From: Macrostomum lignano
Lineage: Eukaryota
Reading direction: 5' to 3'
Length of the DNA: 64,000 nucleotides
NCBI GenBank assembly: GCA_002269645.1
Contig: NIVC01000181.1
Span: forward strand, 147,547-211,546
The first letter of the stretch is position 1. Each line of letters starts with the position of its first letter. Both the position numbers and the translations under genes were made by a program. Under the pieces are notes generated by a model that ran no database searches, had not been told where the DNA came from, and saw only the letters and a program-made list of their open reading frames with translations. This document shows, one piece after another, positions 25,901 through 38,629 of the stretch.

Positions 25901-28900
25901 TCTCACCCAATCTCACATCTGAAATCTCGCCCAATCTCACATCTGGAATCTCACCCAGTCTCACATCTGGAATCTCACCCAATCTCACATCTGAAATCTC
26001 GCCCAATCTCACATCTGGAATCTCACCCAGTCTCACATCTGAAAGTGAGACATCTGGCTGCCTCACCTTGAAGCGGCTTAGGCAGACTTATTTCTAATCG
26101 ATATTTCAGCATTACATGTACACAGCTTCAGCCAATAAAAGCAGCCCCTCAATTGCCTACCAATCGCAGTTCCTCAAGCACCGGCACAACATATTCGAAA
26201 TTGCCGCCTACAATCGAACAGTTTCGGCCGGCGGGAAAGCTCAGTGCGCCCCGCCGGACAGGGGACAAACCGGCGACAAGTCCGAGGACACCAGCTTGAG
26301 CCGCTCCGACGACTCAAAGCTTGTGCGGTTCAAGGGCCAGATGATCTACATGCCGACTTGGGACCGGCTGCTTTACATCTGCTCGCCTAGGTTGGCTGAT
26401 AGTGTACTTTTATGCTGACTTTGTTGGATCTCGGATTGAGATTCCAGTCGTAGGATTCAGATTCCAGTCGTAGGATTGAGATTTCAGTCGTAGGATTAAG
26501 ATTCCAGTCGTAGGGTTGAGATTCCAGTTGTACGATTGAGATTCCAGTAGTAGTATTGAGATTCCAGTCGTAGGGTTGAGATTCCAGTCGTAGGATTAAG
26601 ATTCCAATCGTAGGATTAAGATTCCAGTCGTAAGATATAGATTCCAGTAGTTTGATTGAGCTTCCAGTCGTAGGTTTGAAATTCCAGTCGTAGGTTTGAA
26701 ATTCCAGTCGTAGGTTTGAGATTCCAGTCGTAGGTTTGAGATTCCAGTCGTAGGTTTGAGATTCCGGTCGTAGGTTTGAGATTCCAGTCGTAGGTTTGAG
26801 ATTCCAGTCGTAGGTTTGAGATTCCAGTCGTAGGTTTGAGATTCCAGTCGTAGGTTTGAAATTCCAGTCGTAGGTTTGAAATTCCAGTGGTAGAATTCAG
26901 ATTATAAAATCTTAAGAGCCTCCAAAACGAGTTGAGGAAGCCTAGTGTTGAGTCCTGTTTGTACTCGCAAGTTTTCTGTTTAATTTTCAGGCTGAAGAAC
27001 ACGCACGAAATGGCCCTTAAAAACATCTACCTGAACGACTTGAGTCTTCACGATTGCAGCCGGGATTTGACTCTGGCAGGGGATCAGCAATCTGAGGAAC
27101 TGTTTGAGCTGCTGAGACAGGTGAATAAAAATGGATTGGGCGTTGGTTGAGGTCACAGATACTAGAATAGCTAGATGGGCCACTCAGGCACATATACTTA
27201 GTAAAACAGCTTTCTACTTTCAGTTCAGTAGCAAAGAAGAATACATAAGCTTGTTTTATAAAAATAAAGGCAACTGAAATGAATTTGATAAGTTTAGAAG
27301 CCCAAGCTAGCAGGCGTAAACAGCTTGCTAATTGGTTCAGCAATAATGTACATTAGCCAGTCCACTGAAATGTACAAGGCAGATTTAGGGTGGAAGTCCG
27401 AGAAAGGCAATAAAAATTGGGGCGGGGTGGGATAGTGTGGAAAGGCGCGGTCGGGGGGGGGGGGTTTAAGCTGGGGGTAAGAGCCAATAAATGAGCCTTG
27501 GCTTTAAAAGTACAATAAAATATTTTTGTTTAACTGACTACTGAACTGAAAGTAGCTTACACACAGATGTGCTGAGTGGCCCAACTAGTTATTCTAGTAT
27601 CTGTGGTTTAGTTCGGTTAAAGTCAAAACTGGGGAGTCAGAAAATGTAGAAAAAAATTTGTTGTTTCAATTGGTAATTTTTTATACAATTTTTTATATTT
27701 CCGTTAAGTGGTCTCAAAAAAACATTTTTAAAGCACAAAATACACCTCTTAATAAATTTCCTACCCATTTGTTAATCTTTACTTTTACGGAACTGTACGG
27801 ACGCAGAATCAGAAACTAAATAAAGTATTATAAAAATAAATGTTTTATACAAACCCGTAAAAGTAGTTTTTATTTGAAAAAAATTAGGTAAATATTGCAA
27901 TAGATATTTTTTAAATAAATATTAGGCTGGATTTTGTTAAACTGCTTACTTTGTTTACGTCGCGCCTGTTTGTGTTCTGAAATACTCTCGTTAATTTAGT
28001 TATCAGTTTCATGTTAATAAGTACTTTATTTATTATTGATGTTTGGCCTGGTTCTTTTTACGGATGTGAAATATCAGCAAACTTTTTTGGATTGAATTAA
28101 ATATGAGATTTAGATATTGATTACTGACTTCTGTATTTCAAGCATTGCAAACGTCTAGCATCAATTTTCTGCTTATCTATCTAATTCATGAACAATAATC
28201 GATCGAGGATTCTAGATATATGCTTTATTTTATAAGCCACGGCTTATGAATAGGCAAATGACTCATGAGACTGAGGTTTAAATAATTTTACTGAATAGAA
28301 TGACAAATAAAGGTGTCTATCAAGTTTTTTTATAAAATAGCTTTATCCACCCACGCTCTTGTTTAACTATATTTTTGTTCTGAGGCATAATTTGTAGTCT
28401 AGTTCAGATTGCTATTTATATTTAACTGTCCGTGTCTTAGGCCTATTTTATTTTTTGCTAATGACGTAGTAATAAAAAATATAATGTAAATATAAATTTT
28501 TGTACAGCTTTACAGCTTAGAATTACTTCGAAACTGATATATGCTTTTTTACAAAAGCCATTAGGCCTTAGCTAAGTGATAATCTACCTTATGATTACTG
28601 ATAATGATACTGTTTATTATAGCCATCACTATGCACTTTTAAGTATATATATAATTTAAATTGCTAAATAATTAACAAGTAGCAAGTAAAACAGGTAATA
28701 ACTTTTTTTAAACTTTAACTTTATAGTTTCATATAATTTGCAATGTAAAAAGCTATATAAAATGTGACTTGCACTATTCTTTAAAATGTATAATTGCAAT
28801 ATGTTTTCATTTGCATTATTTGTTACATTTATTTCATTTAAAACTCACATTATGAGCTTTAAGAACTTAGAACATGTTAAAAGTTAAAAATGCAAAACCT

Positions 28901-31900
28901 GATATATTTGCTTTTTAAAAAATTAGAAAATAGCAATATTTTATTATATATTTTATTGTTTACAAACTGGCTTTAAATGCCTAGCAGGAGTGTTTCCTTT
29001 TATACTATTGTATATTTAATATACCAATAAATTCTTAACTTGCTTTAGTAGAAGTTTTTTAGACTTAAATGTAAGTAAAATATGTTAAATGTTTTTCACT
29101 TTAATTCATGCCATGCCAGGACTTCTTTGGGAGATCTTCTCAGCTGCATTTTATGATATGCCTTTCATTCTGAGCTCTAAACCTGAGGCCTTACTTAAAC
29201 AATGAAACTGGTGGACTTGCTATATGTTACCTTTACATTTGGTTGAGTGAGTCTAGTGCTTTCTCCATGAACCAACCTGATCTGTCTGAGCAACCTGTTG
29301 CAATGTTGGCGACTCCTGCACCTAGCAGGCCACTTCTGCCCACAACTGGTTCAGGTGCTGCGCTGCTACTTTTGGATTCTGGCACCCAAGATTCTGGTGG
29401 CTATGTGGCCTACATTTTCTCTCAGACCACAAGACACACCTTTTTAGAACCTTATGTTTTATAGTGTGTTTTATTGTATGGGCCTAGTGGCTATACCAAA
29501 AATCTTGTTTTGCATTTAAGTTAATAAAACTTCTGCTTCAGGAATTTATTACTTGTGCCTAAAAATTCTAAAACCTATTTCTGTTGCCTGTTCATCTTTT
29601 TCACTAAATCAAGAGGCATTAAGAGCTTCATTTAGAGCTCTGTGAGATTCACATTTGTATTGAAACTGTTTGGATAGGATCATAACCATGCCCCCCACCC
29701 AGATATCTTTTTTACCCTTCTTGAGGTAGCCATATTGATTTTCTGTTCTGGTCTGTGCAGACTGCTCTATACGTCCATGGCCATAGATTAAAATATTTGA
29801 GCTGATGCTGCTTTATTAATAAAACTTTTTATTATCCGATCAATGTGTTTGGGAAGTCGTGTTTTAAATCGTAGGCTCGTTTACTCGTATATTTGTTGAA
29901 ATTAAGCAAGAGCTCGTCAATCGTTTCGCGCTTGTTCCTGCAGTCTATCAATTGTGGGTCTGTAAGCCAAGCATATACCCATAAACTAATACGTGGCTGC
30001 TGGCAGCCACACATCACAGGTACATAGCTGGTTGAGCTTAAAAAGCACTTATTAGTTATATAAGGAGTATGCTATAGTAAAAATAAAAGCATCCTAGCTT
30101 TCAAAGCTAGAACATTACAACGCTACCACGCTGAAGAGGGCTCGTACTCTCATGCCAGAGCGAACGCAGAAAAGTCGATACAAAAGAGGCCAAATTGCAA
30201 CGTAAAAGTGAAAATAAGGAAGCACATACTGCGCGTGTTCTCAAACTCTGCTCGAGCAGCTCAGATTGGCCCTGCTGAAACTGAAGTGCAGCATACTGCC
30301 AGACTGTGCTCAAAATCTGCTTGTGTCGAACAAAGCTGAGTGACAGAGTCCAACTTGCAGCGATGCGCCAGACTGGATTCTGATCGACTACCCGCCGAAC
30401 ATAAGAGGTGGGGTTCTCTACAATGGTTGTCAATTATGTTGACACAAGTTGTTGCTGCGTGTAGCGATTTGTAGCGATTTTTATTTTCATTCCGTTTCCA
30501 AACAGCTGAAAGGTACATCTGTGGAGATGAACATTTTATTATTAGAGAGATAATGAGTGAACACTTTGTCTGTATTTTTTGCTGTCTTCTTTCTATTCCA
30601 ATAGGATTCTAGCACCATGCAGATTTCAAGATATTAAATTATGAGTTCCAAGTTATTTAAGCATGATTACATAGTCTGTTACAATGCTATAACCTTCATG
30701 ATGCCCCAAAATTATTGATCCTAGGTAAATCTGATGTCAGTTAAGCAGACCAATGAATTTAAAGTAAATTTAAAGTCAATCAGACCTGATTATTTGGTGT
30801 TAGTAAGTGAAATCTGATTAATCTGGTGATCTTAGACTAGAATTGCTAGTCATAAAAAATTTTAAGTGATGGTCAATAAAAAGATGTTTAAAGTAATTTT
30901 TACAAAATTTACCTCAAATTATTCAGTATGAAATAAGCAGAATAACTATCATTTAAAATAAATAAAGCCTAATTCATTACAAAATATACATTAAATGGCA
31001 ATAAAATTATATTAGGTTGTCCCTGCTGCAAAGCCAAAAAAATGCTTCTTTATAGGGTTCTTTGCAGTGCCTTGAGGAAATATCTAAGCTTTTCATTGTA
31101 CATGCTCCACACAGTGGGCTTCCGGAGAAAAAAATCATGACAAAAACTAACATTTATGGCATTTAAGAGCCAACAAAGAGTACCATTTAGTAAAGAAAAA
31201 AAATGCTTCAAGCTTGATAGGTGTGTAATAACATATTTCAATTCTAAAAGCTGGCAATTATTCATTTTGATGCAACAGACTACTGGAGAAAATCACTTTG
31301 TGCTCTCTAACTATTAAAAAGTATTTTTATATTGTTATAGAATGGTTATACAATAAGTAATATATTAGGCTTTTTCAATAAAAAGCATCGATTTTATGCT
31401 AAATTATTTTCTAAAATGTAAAAGTGAATAATCCAATTGGATACATCAATTTAGATTAGTTTTTAACATATTCTCATATGAGCATATAGGTGGGATGTCA
31501 TAATCAATGTTTACTACCAAAACGAAGAATATTCGAACTACAGTAAGGTTTATACAAATAAAGCATTACTCATGCATGCATTTAATGCAAATTAACTTAA
31601 AACTTTCACCAACTACATTAATTCATACATTTTTAGCCCTTATTTGTAAATTATATAGAATTTTTTTCACACGTGTTCAACGTGGTTGAATTTCCGCCAA
31701 AAAAATTATCGCTGAAAAGGACATATTTTGTCTTTTAGAGGAGCGAAAAAGACTAATTTTACTTAGATTATAGTAAAATTATTTATAATTCACAGTTTAA
31801 TGCAAGATTTAACCGGCCATACTCATTAGAAAACAGATACAATTTGGTATTACAAAGTTTGAATGGTGTAAACTCGCGATGCCCTCGTTTTGACTTTGCC

Positions 31901-34900
31901 CCAGTTATGGATGATTTATTAAATTTGAATTCCCGAATTCCTGTCTCCAGCAACAAGAGCGGACCCGTCAGATGGAGCTGAGCATGCGGAAGCTGGACCG
32001 AGAGAGGAAGCGGGCGGACAGCCTTCTGTTTGAATGCCTGCCGAAGTCCGTGGCCAGGAAACTGCGGAAAGGACTCGATCCCATGACTACGATTAAGGTG
32101 CATTGCGCAGCCTGCTCAAAGCTCCCGTCTTCGAAACCACACGGACCTCAATGTTCCACTCACGTTAAATCAGCACTCGTAGGGGGGGGGGGGGTGCGGG
32201 CTTGACTTACTTGACTCAGCTGCAGGGGGCTCCGTGCATCCGGATGCAGCGAGAAGGCGTTGCCGCCCATTTCGCTAGCCCCTGGCGACCACGGGCAGCT
32301 GCGGTGTCGCGTAGGGAGATCCGGTGGTGCCGGTGTCCGCAGCGCGGTCCCCCTCCGGAGAGTCCAGGAGGTGGATTGTCGCTCGCCCGGTGGCCCTTAG
32401 GTAGTGGACGAGCTGGCAGAGATTCCCGGGCCTGAAAACGTCGGAGAGGTCCGGGTTGGTGCCGAGGTAGGTGAGCCTGTCTTGAGTAGGCGGGGCATTC
32501 ACAGATAGTGTTCCGCATTCTCGACACCGGAGAGGCAGAAAGGGGATGCCTCACTGCGGATTTTCCCCGGAGGTGGCGATGCCTGGCAAAACAGCCGTGA
32601 CCCGAGAGGGCCATGGTCACCGCCCTGATGTCCCTGCGGTTGAGTCTAAGCAGGGCTCTGCGAGGTCAAAAATTTTGCGATAATTGCACCTGCAGAGCCT
32701 TGAAGACGATGACATGCAAATCTTTGGTTCTATCCGATCTGTCTCAATTAAATGCCCTCTCATACCTGAATCTTAAAAGTCTGATAAAATTATTTATCTA
32801 ACTTCACAGAATGTGACGCTCTAATTACGGCAGGCACGAGAATGTCACAGACAAAAAGACACCGCCACATTTTTATGATGTTGATCTGACAGGTAGATTA
32901 ATTGCCTTTGCAATGAAAAGTTCAGATCTCCTCAGACTTCAGTACTCTGTGGCACTAGGCATATGTAGGTTCTCCCACCGAGACTTGATCCTTTGAGATT
33001 CTCCCATTGAGCCTTAATCCTCTGAGATTCTCCCATTGAGACTTGATCCTCTGAGATTCTCCCACCGAGATTTTATCCTTTGAGATTCTCCCACCGAGAC
33101 TTGATCCTCTGAGATTCTCCCACCGAGATTTGATCCTTTGAGATTCTCCCATTGAGAATTGATCCTCTGAGATTCTCCCATTGAGACTTGATCCTCTGAG
33201 ATTCTCCCATTGAGACTTGATCCTTTGAGATTCTCCCATTGAGACTTGATCCTCTGATATTCTCCCACCGAGACTTGATCCTTTGAGATTCTCCCATTGA
33301 GACTTGATCCTCTGAGATTCTCCCACCGAGATTTGATCCTTTGAGATTCTCCCATTGAGAATTGATCCTCTGAGATTCTCCCATTGAGACTTGATCCTTT
33401 GAGATTCTCCCACCGAGACTTGATCCTCTGATATTCTCCCACCGAGATTTGATCCTTTGAGATTCTCCCATTGAGACTTGATCCTCTGATATTCTCCCAT
33501 TGAGAATTGATCCTCTGAGATTCTCCCATTGAGACTTGATCCTCTGATATTCTCCCATTGAGACTTGATCCTCTGAGATTCTCCCATTGAAACTTGATCC
33601 TCTGAGATTCTCCCATTGAGACTTGATCCTCTGAGATTCTCCCATTGAGACTTGATCCTTTGAGATTTTCCCATTGAGACTTGATCCTTTGAGATTCTCC
33701 CATTGAGACTTGATCCTCTGATATTCTCCCATTGAGACTTGATCCTCTGAGATTCTCCCATTGAGACTTGATCCTCTGAGATTCTCCCATTGAAACTTGA
33801 TCCTCTGAGATTCTCCCATTGAGACTTGATCCTCTGAGATTCTCCCATTGAGACTTGATCCTTTGAGATTTTCCCATTGAGACTTGATCCTTTGAGATTC
33901 TCCCATTGAGACTTGATCCTCTGATATTCTCCCATTGAGACTTGATCCTCTGAGATTCTCCCATTGAGACTTGATCCTCTGAGATTCTCCCATTGAGACT
34001 TGATCCTCTGAGATTCACCACCAAGATTTGATCCCTGAAAATCTTCATAAAATCTGCTACAATCAACACCTGATCCATTATTCGAGCTAAACTTTAAATA
34101 AACAATTCTTTTCAGACGCACGAAAGCGTGAGCATCTGCTTCAGCAAAGTGGTCGACTTCCAGGAGATCTGCCGCCAGCTATCTGTGACCGACATTGTCA
34201 ATCTGCTCAACACCATGTACACCAGGTTCGACATGCGACTCGAGAAGCACCAGGTGTACAAGGTAAGACTTCTTAATTTAGTATCCGAATGACGAAAACT
34301 GGACCGCATCATTGTGTCTCTGAATTAAGAAAACTGGACCGCATCATTGTGTCTCTGAATTAAGAAAACTGGACCGCATCATTGTGTCTCTGAATTAAGA
34401 AAACTGGACCGCATCATTGTGTCTCTGAATTAAGAAAACTGGACCGCATCATTGTGTCTCTGAATTAAGAAAACTGGACCGCATCATTGTGTCTCTGAAT
34501 TAAGAAAACTGGACCGCATCATTGTGTCTCTGAATTAAGAAAACTGGACCGCATCATTGTGTCTCTGAATTAAGAAAACTGGACCGCATCATTGTGTCTC
34601 TGAATCATGAAAACTGGACCGCATCATTGTGTCTCTGAATCATGAAAACTGGACCGCATCATTGTGTCTCTGAATTAAGAAAACTGGACCGCATCATTGT
34701 GTCTCTGAATTAAGAAAACTGGACCGCATCATTGTGTCTCTGAATTAAGAAAACTGGACCGCATCATTGTGTCTCTGAATTAAGAAAACTGGACCGCATC
34801 ATTGTGTCTCTGAATCATGAAAACTGGACTTCATCATTGCATCCCCATCGCAAACTCAACAGGTGGAAACCATCGGTGACTCGTACATGCTGATGTCGGG

Positions 34901-37153
34901 CGCGCCGCGGGCCACGCCTTACCACGCGGCGCACATCGCCGAGATGGCTCTGGACATGCTGGCCGAGGCGCACCGGATTGTTCGGCCGTCCGGCGACTCC
35001 TCGCCGACCGGAGCGGCCGATACGGCCGCGGTCGAGCCGCTGCGCATTCAGGTGGGCTGTCACTCCGGCAGCATTGTGGCTGGCGTGGTCGGCCTGATGA
35101 CGCCCCGTTACTGCCTGTTCGGCGACACGGTCAACGTGGCCTCCAGAATGATGACCTGCGGCCGGCCGGACTCCGTGCACATCAGCGCCAGCTTCCAACG
35201 CTGCATCGACGACTTCCCGTACGAGGTTGAACAGAGGGAGCCGGTACACGTGAAGGGCAAGGGTCGTATGGTTACCTATTACCTGCTGGGCAGGTCCGGC
35301 AAGGTGAGCACGACTGTCTATAAAGGAATTAACTGAGTGACAGATGGATTAGCTGAGTGACAGATAGATTAACTGAGTGACAGATGGATTAGCTGATTGA
35401 CAGATGGATTAGCTGAGTGACATATGGATTAGCTGAGTGACAGATAGATTAGCTGAGTGACAGATAGATTAGCTGAGTGACAGATGGATTAGCTGAGTGA
35501 CAGATGGATTAGCTGAGTGACAGATGGATTAGCTGAGTGACAGATGGATTAGCTGAGTGACAGATAGATTAGCTGAGTGACAGATGGATTAGCTGAGTGA
35601 CAGATAGATTAAGTGAGTGACAGATGGATTAGCTGAGTGACAGATGGATTAGCTGAGTGACATATGGATTAGCTGAGTGACATATGGATTAGCTGAGTGA
35701 CAGATGGATTAGCTGAGTGACAGATGGATTAGCTGAGTGACGGATGGATTAGCTGAGTGACGGATGGATTAGCTGAGTGACAGATGGATTAGCTGAGTGA
35801 CCCCAAGGACGAACGCGCACTCCACCTTCAGTCGAACCTGGAGTACCAGCAGCTGACGGAGTGGCTGGATATCGACCGCAACAAGCTGGACGAGAGCTCG
35901 GACGAGAACACGGACAACACGACCACGGCCTCGGCCAGTCAGACTCTGCAGCGAATTTGCCGAGAGGTGGCCGCCGCGGGCGATTCGGACAGCGACTCGG
36001 ACGCGGAGGCGGCCACGCTCAGCTGCAGTGGCCGAACGGGCAGCCGGTGCCGCCACCTGCTGCGGCCGCCGGTCAGCGACATCCGGGGACCTCGCCGACT
36101 GTGCCGCCGACATCGCCGGAGCAGGAGCTTTCAGACTGGCGACGTCGGCGGCAGGGCCTCCTCCGTGTCGATTTCCATTCCAGGAGTCCTAGACGATTCG
36201 TCGTCCTCGTCAGCCGAGGACGTCAGCCGGTGCCAGTCCGAAGGCGGTGGCATCGGAGGCGGCAGCAGCGGCACCCTGACGGAGATCAAAAGCATCTGCA
36301 GCGACGAGCAGAACCCAGACTTTGCTGATGAAGCCGAAGCAGCTGTGGCGGAAGAGGCTGCGGCAAGTGGTGGTGCAAAGCAAGTGAAGTTTCATCTTTC
36401 ATCGACGCTGCCGCCGCCTCCTCAGCCTCCATCATCGGCAACGACACCGTCATCTTCTTTGCTGTTGATGTCGCGCAGTTTTCCGCGCCGACTGCGCCGA
36501 GCGGAAGCGGCCAGACCGCTGCTTGTGCAGCCGGAAGCGCCGCCTCAGGCCGCCGCCGCAGCCGTGGACATGCGCTACCGCAGCTTCCCGTGGGAGCTCA
36601 GAGCCGTGGGTGAGTGGGAAATGCTGTTTGATAAAGCTCAGCTTCCTTATTCTACTGAATCTTATAGAGAACGCAAGGGAGGGCTCAATACTCGTTTGCA
36701 GTTGGAGACGAGTAAAAAGACTGCAAGGGTGAGAGGGAGTAGGGAAGGGTGAGAGGGAGCTTGGGGAAGAGTGGGAGGGAGACGGGAAGAGTGAGAGGGA
36801 GAGGGGAAGAGTGAGAAGGAGTGAGGCTGGATTAGCGAAGGAGAAGGGGCAGCTTAGCTAGTAAAAATGAGATAGACAGTTTGAGACGGAGATAAAGACA
36901 TCGAGAGCACAGTAGTAAACTTGAAAAGTTCATCCTACTCATTGACTATCGCAGATAGACTATTTCTATAGTAAAAGCTGCAACAACCTCACTCCCCACT
37001 GCAGCCAAGGCCCTGTCTCTGGGCGTAGCCGAGGTGGCCCTGCGCCGGCCCCGCGATCCAATTGAGTACCTGGCCCTGTGGCTGCGAGACTACCTGGCCA
37101 GGAACGGACTGGAAGGCTATGGCAACGGCGCTACAGAGGGAAATCAAAATTAA
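22966..37153 (+). CDS. Atypical (Gyc-88E-like) soluble guanylate cyclase, ~1008 aa, with a C-terminal DPY-30-like domain; exons 22966-23548, 25030-25436, 26170-26390, 26991-27120, 31951-32097, 34116-34262, 34863-35303, 35808-36609, 37005-37153
   Basis: H-NOX (MYGILLE at 23167, [34 protein letters not shown]), PAS/HNOBA ([27 protein letters not shown]), coiled coil ([15 protein letters not shown]) and cyclase domain (VYK|[32 protein letters not shown]). All eight introns are GT-AG with matching phases and the exons sum to 3027 nt. Exons 8-9 and the N-terminal extension are less certain than the core. Confidence 0.88.
23590..24835. repeat. ~22-bp minisatellite (guanylate cyclase intron 1)
   Basis: GTGTCTCACCTGTTCTCTCTCT / GTGTCTCACCTGGCGCTTATTT. 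Confidence 0.96.
25480..26045. repeat. 24-bp minisatellite (guanylate cyclase intron 2)
   Basis: CACATCTGGAATCTCACCCAGTCT. Confidence 0.96.
26430..26895. repeat. 20-bp minisatellite (guanylate cyclase intron 3)
   Basis: ATTCCAGTCGTAGGTTTGAG. Confidence 0.96.
27153..27606. mobile_element. MITE, ~450 bp (copy 2), 32 bp downstream of the guanylate cyclase exon 4 donor
   Basis: Alignable over its full length to 12094-12544, with the same TIRs. Confidence 0.8.
32280..32700 (-). mobile_element. Degenerate 3' end of a non-LTR retrotransposon (R1/LOA-like) in guanylate cyclase intron 5
   Basis: Across frameshifts the minus strand reads [29 protein letters not shown]...[19 protein letters not shown]...VHYLRATGR, a typical LINE ORF2 C-terminal CCHC region. 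Confidence 0.7.
32970..34030. repeat. 29-bp minisatellite (guanylate cyclase intron 5)
   Basis: GAGACTTGATCCTCTGAGATTCTCCCATT. Confidence 0.97.
34293..34830. repeat. 35-bp minisatellite filling guanylate cyclase intron 6
   Basis: GAAAACTGGACCGCATCATTGTGTCTCTGAATTAA. Confidence 0.97.
35325..35800. repeat. 20-bp minisatellite filling guanylate cyclase intron 7
   Basis: CAGATGGATTAGCTGAGTGA. Confidence 0.97.
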
Positions 37154-37285
37154 CAGTCGCTTTTTGTGTTAATAACGTTAATGATTGATTTAGAACGGGA
37201 AGTCCTGATGAATTAGGTAGACAGTGAGGTAACTTTCATTTCCTCGATCATCAAATATCATAGAACTAAAAAAATACAAGTTTAT

Positions 37286-38000
37286 AAGCTCTGAAATTCT
37301 ACAAGCTCTGAAATTCTACAAGCTCTGAAATTCCACAAGCTCTGAAATTCTACAAGCTCTGAAATTCTGCAAGCTCTGAAATTCTGCAAGCTCTGAAATT
37401 CTACAAGCTCTGAAATTCCACAAGCTCTGAAATTCTACAAGCTCTGAAATTCTGCAAGCTCTGAAATTCTACAAGCTCTGAAATTCTACAAGCTCTGAAA
37501 TTCTAAAAGCTCTGAAATTCTACAAGCTCTGAAATTCTACAAGCTCTGAAATTCCACAAGCTCTGAAATTCCACAAGCTCTGAAATTCTAAAAGCTCTGA
37601 AATTCTACAAGCTCTGAAATTCTACAAGCTCTGAAATTCCACAAGCTCTGAAATTCCACAAGCTCTGAAATTCCACAAACTAGTAATTCAATAAGCTCTG
37701 AAATTCCACAAACTAGTAATTCAATAAGCTCTGGAATTCCACAAACTAGTAATTCAATAAGCTCTGAAATTCCACAAACTAGTAATTCCACAAGCTCTGA
37801 AATTCCACAAGCTCTGAAATTCTAAAAGCTCTGAAATTCTACAAGCTCTGAAATTCTACAAGCTCTGAAATTCCACAAGCTCTGAAATTCCACAAACTAG
37901 TAATTCAATAAGCTCTGAAATTCCAAAAACTAGTAATTCAATAAGCTCTGGAATTCCACAAACTAGTAATTCAACAAGCTCTGAAATTCCACAAACGAGT
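37286..38000. repeat. 17-bp minisatellite with ~30-bp variants
   Basis: AAGCTCTGAAATTC(T/C)AC. Confidence 0.96.
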
Positions 38001-38094
38001 AATTTAACAATCTCGAAACCCACAAGCTTTAAACGTACATTATCCTAAACAAATATTTTAAACTTAAAGCCAGTTTGTCATCAGCTAGCTGAAA

Positions 38095-38157
38095 GGGAAT
38101 CGAACTCGGGCGGCTGGTCCGCCCAAGGCTTGACTTCACCCATTAGCTACTCTGCAC
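38095..38157 (-). mobile_element. tRNA-derived SINE head or tRNA pseudogene
   Basis: The minus strand has an A-box-like TAGCTAATGG and a B-box GAGTTCGATTCCC, but no clean cloverleaf. Confidence 0.4.
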
Positions 38158-38629
38158 ACAACTCCTACTTCTACTCTGTGCTCTTGCGTGGCGTCATTTC
38201 TTTGCCCGCCATGCAAGCGTTTCGCGCAACACTCTACACTTTCTACTTATCAGTAGATGAACTCTGATACACTAATAAAATTAAACTCGCTTATGATACG
38301 GTGTGAACAAGATTTATAGTTAATGCATAAATTCCATTATCAACCAGCTTTGTACTCGTATTTTAGTAACTGTATTTACAAAAATACTAAATAGTCTTGC
38401 TTAAATTCCAAGACCTTTGAACTGCATATTGCACTACTGTGAGTAAGCAGAATAGAGGAGAATTACCTCAAGCAAAAAAGCAAAAGTTAAAAAGGTGAGA
38501 TTTTTTCAAAAGCATCAAAAGCATTAACAAAAATATTTCAAAATCGCAAAAGGATACTTACAAAACCTATTCTGGAGCATATGGAATGTCTTTATTTTTT
38601 TGTCATCAGAATAAAACGCATGTCTCGGA

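Noticed and set aside
26110-26169. Alternative acceptor at 26109 extending guanylate cyclase exon 3
   Set aside because: It is in frame, but the 26169 acceptor gives the expected [13 protein letters not shown] continuity without an insertion.
29243-30518. Short ORFs in guanylate cyclase intron 4 as a nested gene or transposon
   Set aside because: No recognisable motif or consistent splice structure.
34293-34830. 35-bp direct repeats of CRISPR-like length (also the 41-, 43- and 45-bp arrays)
   Set aside because: There are no unique spacers and no cas genes; these are head-to-tail eukaryotic minisatellites.
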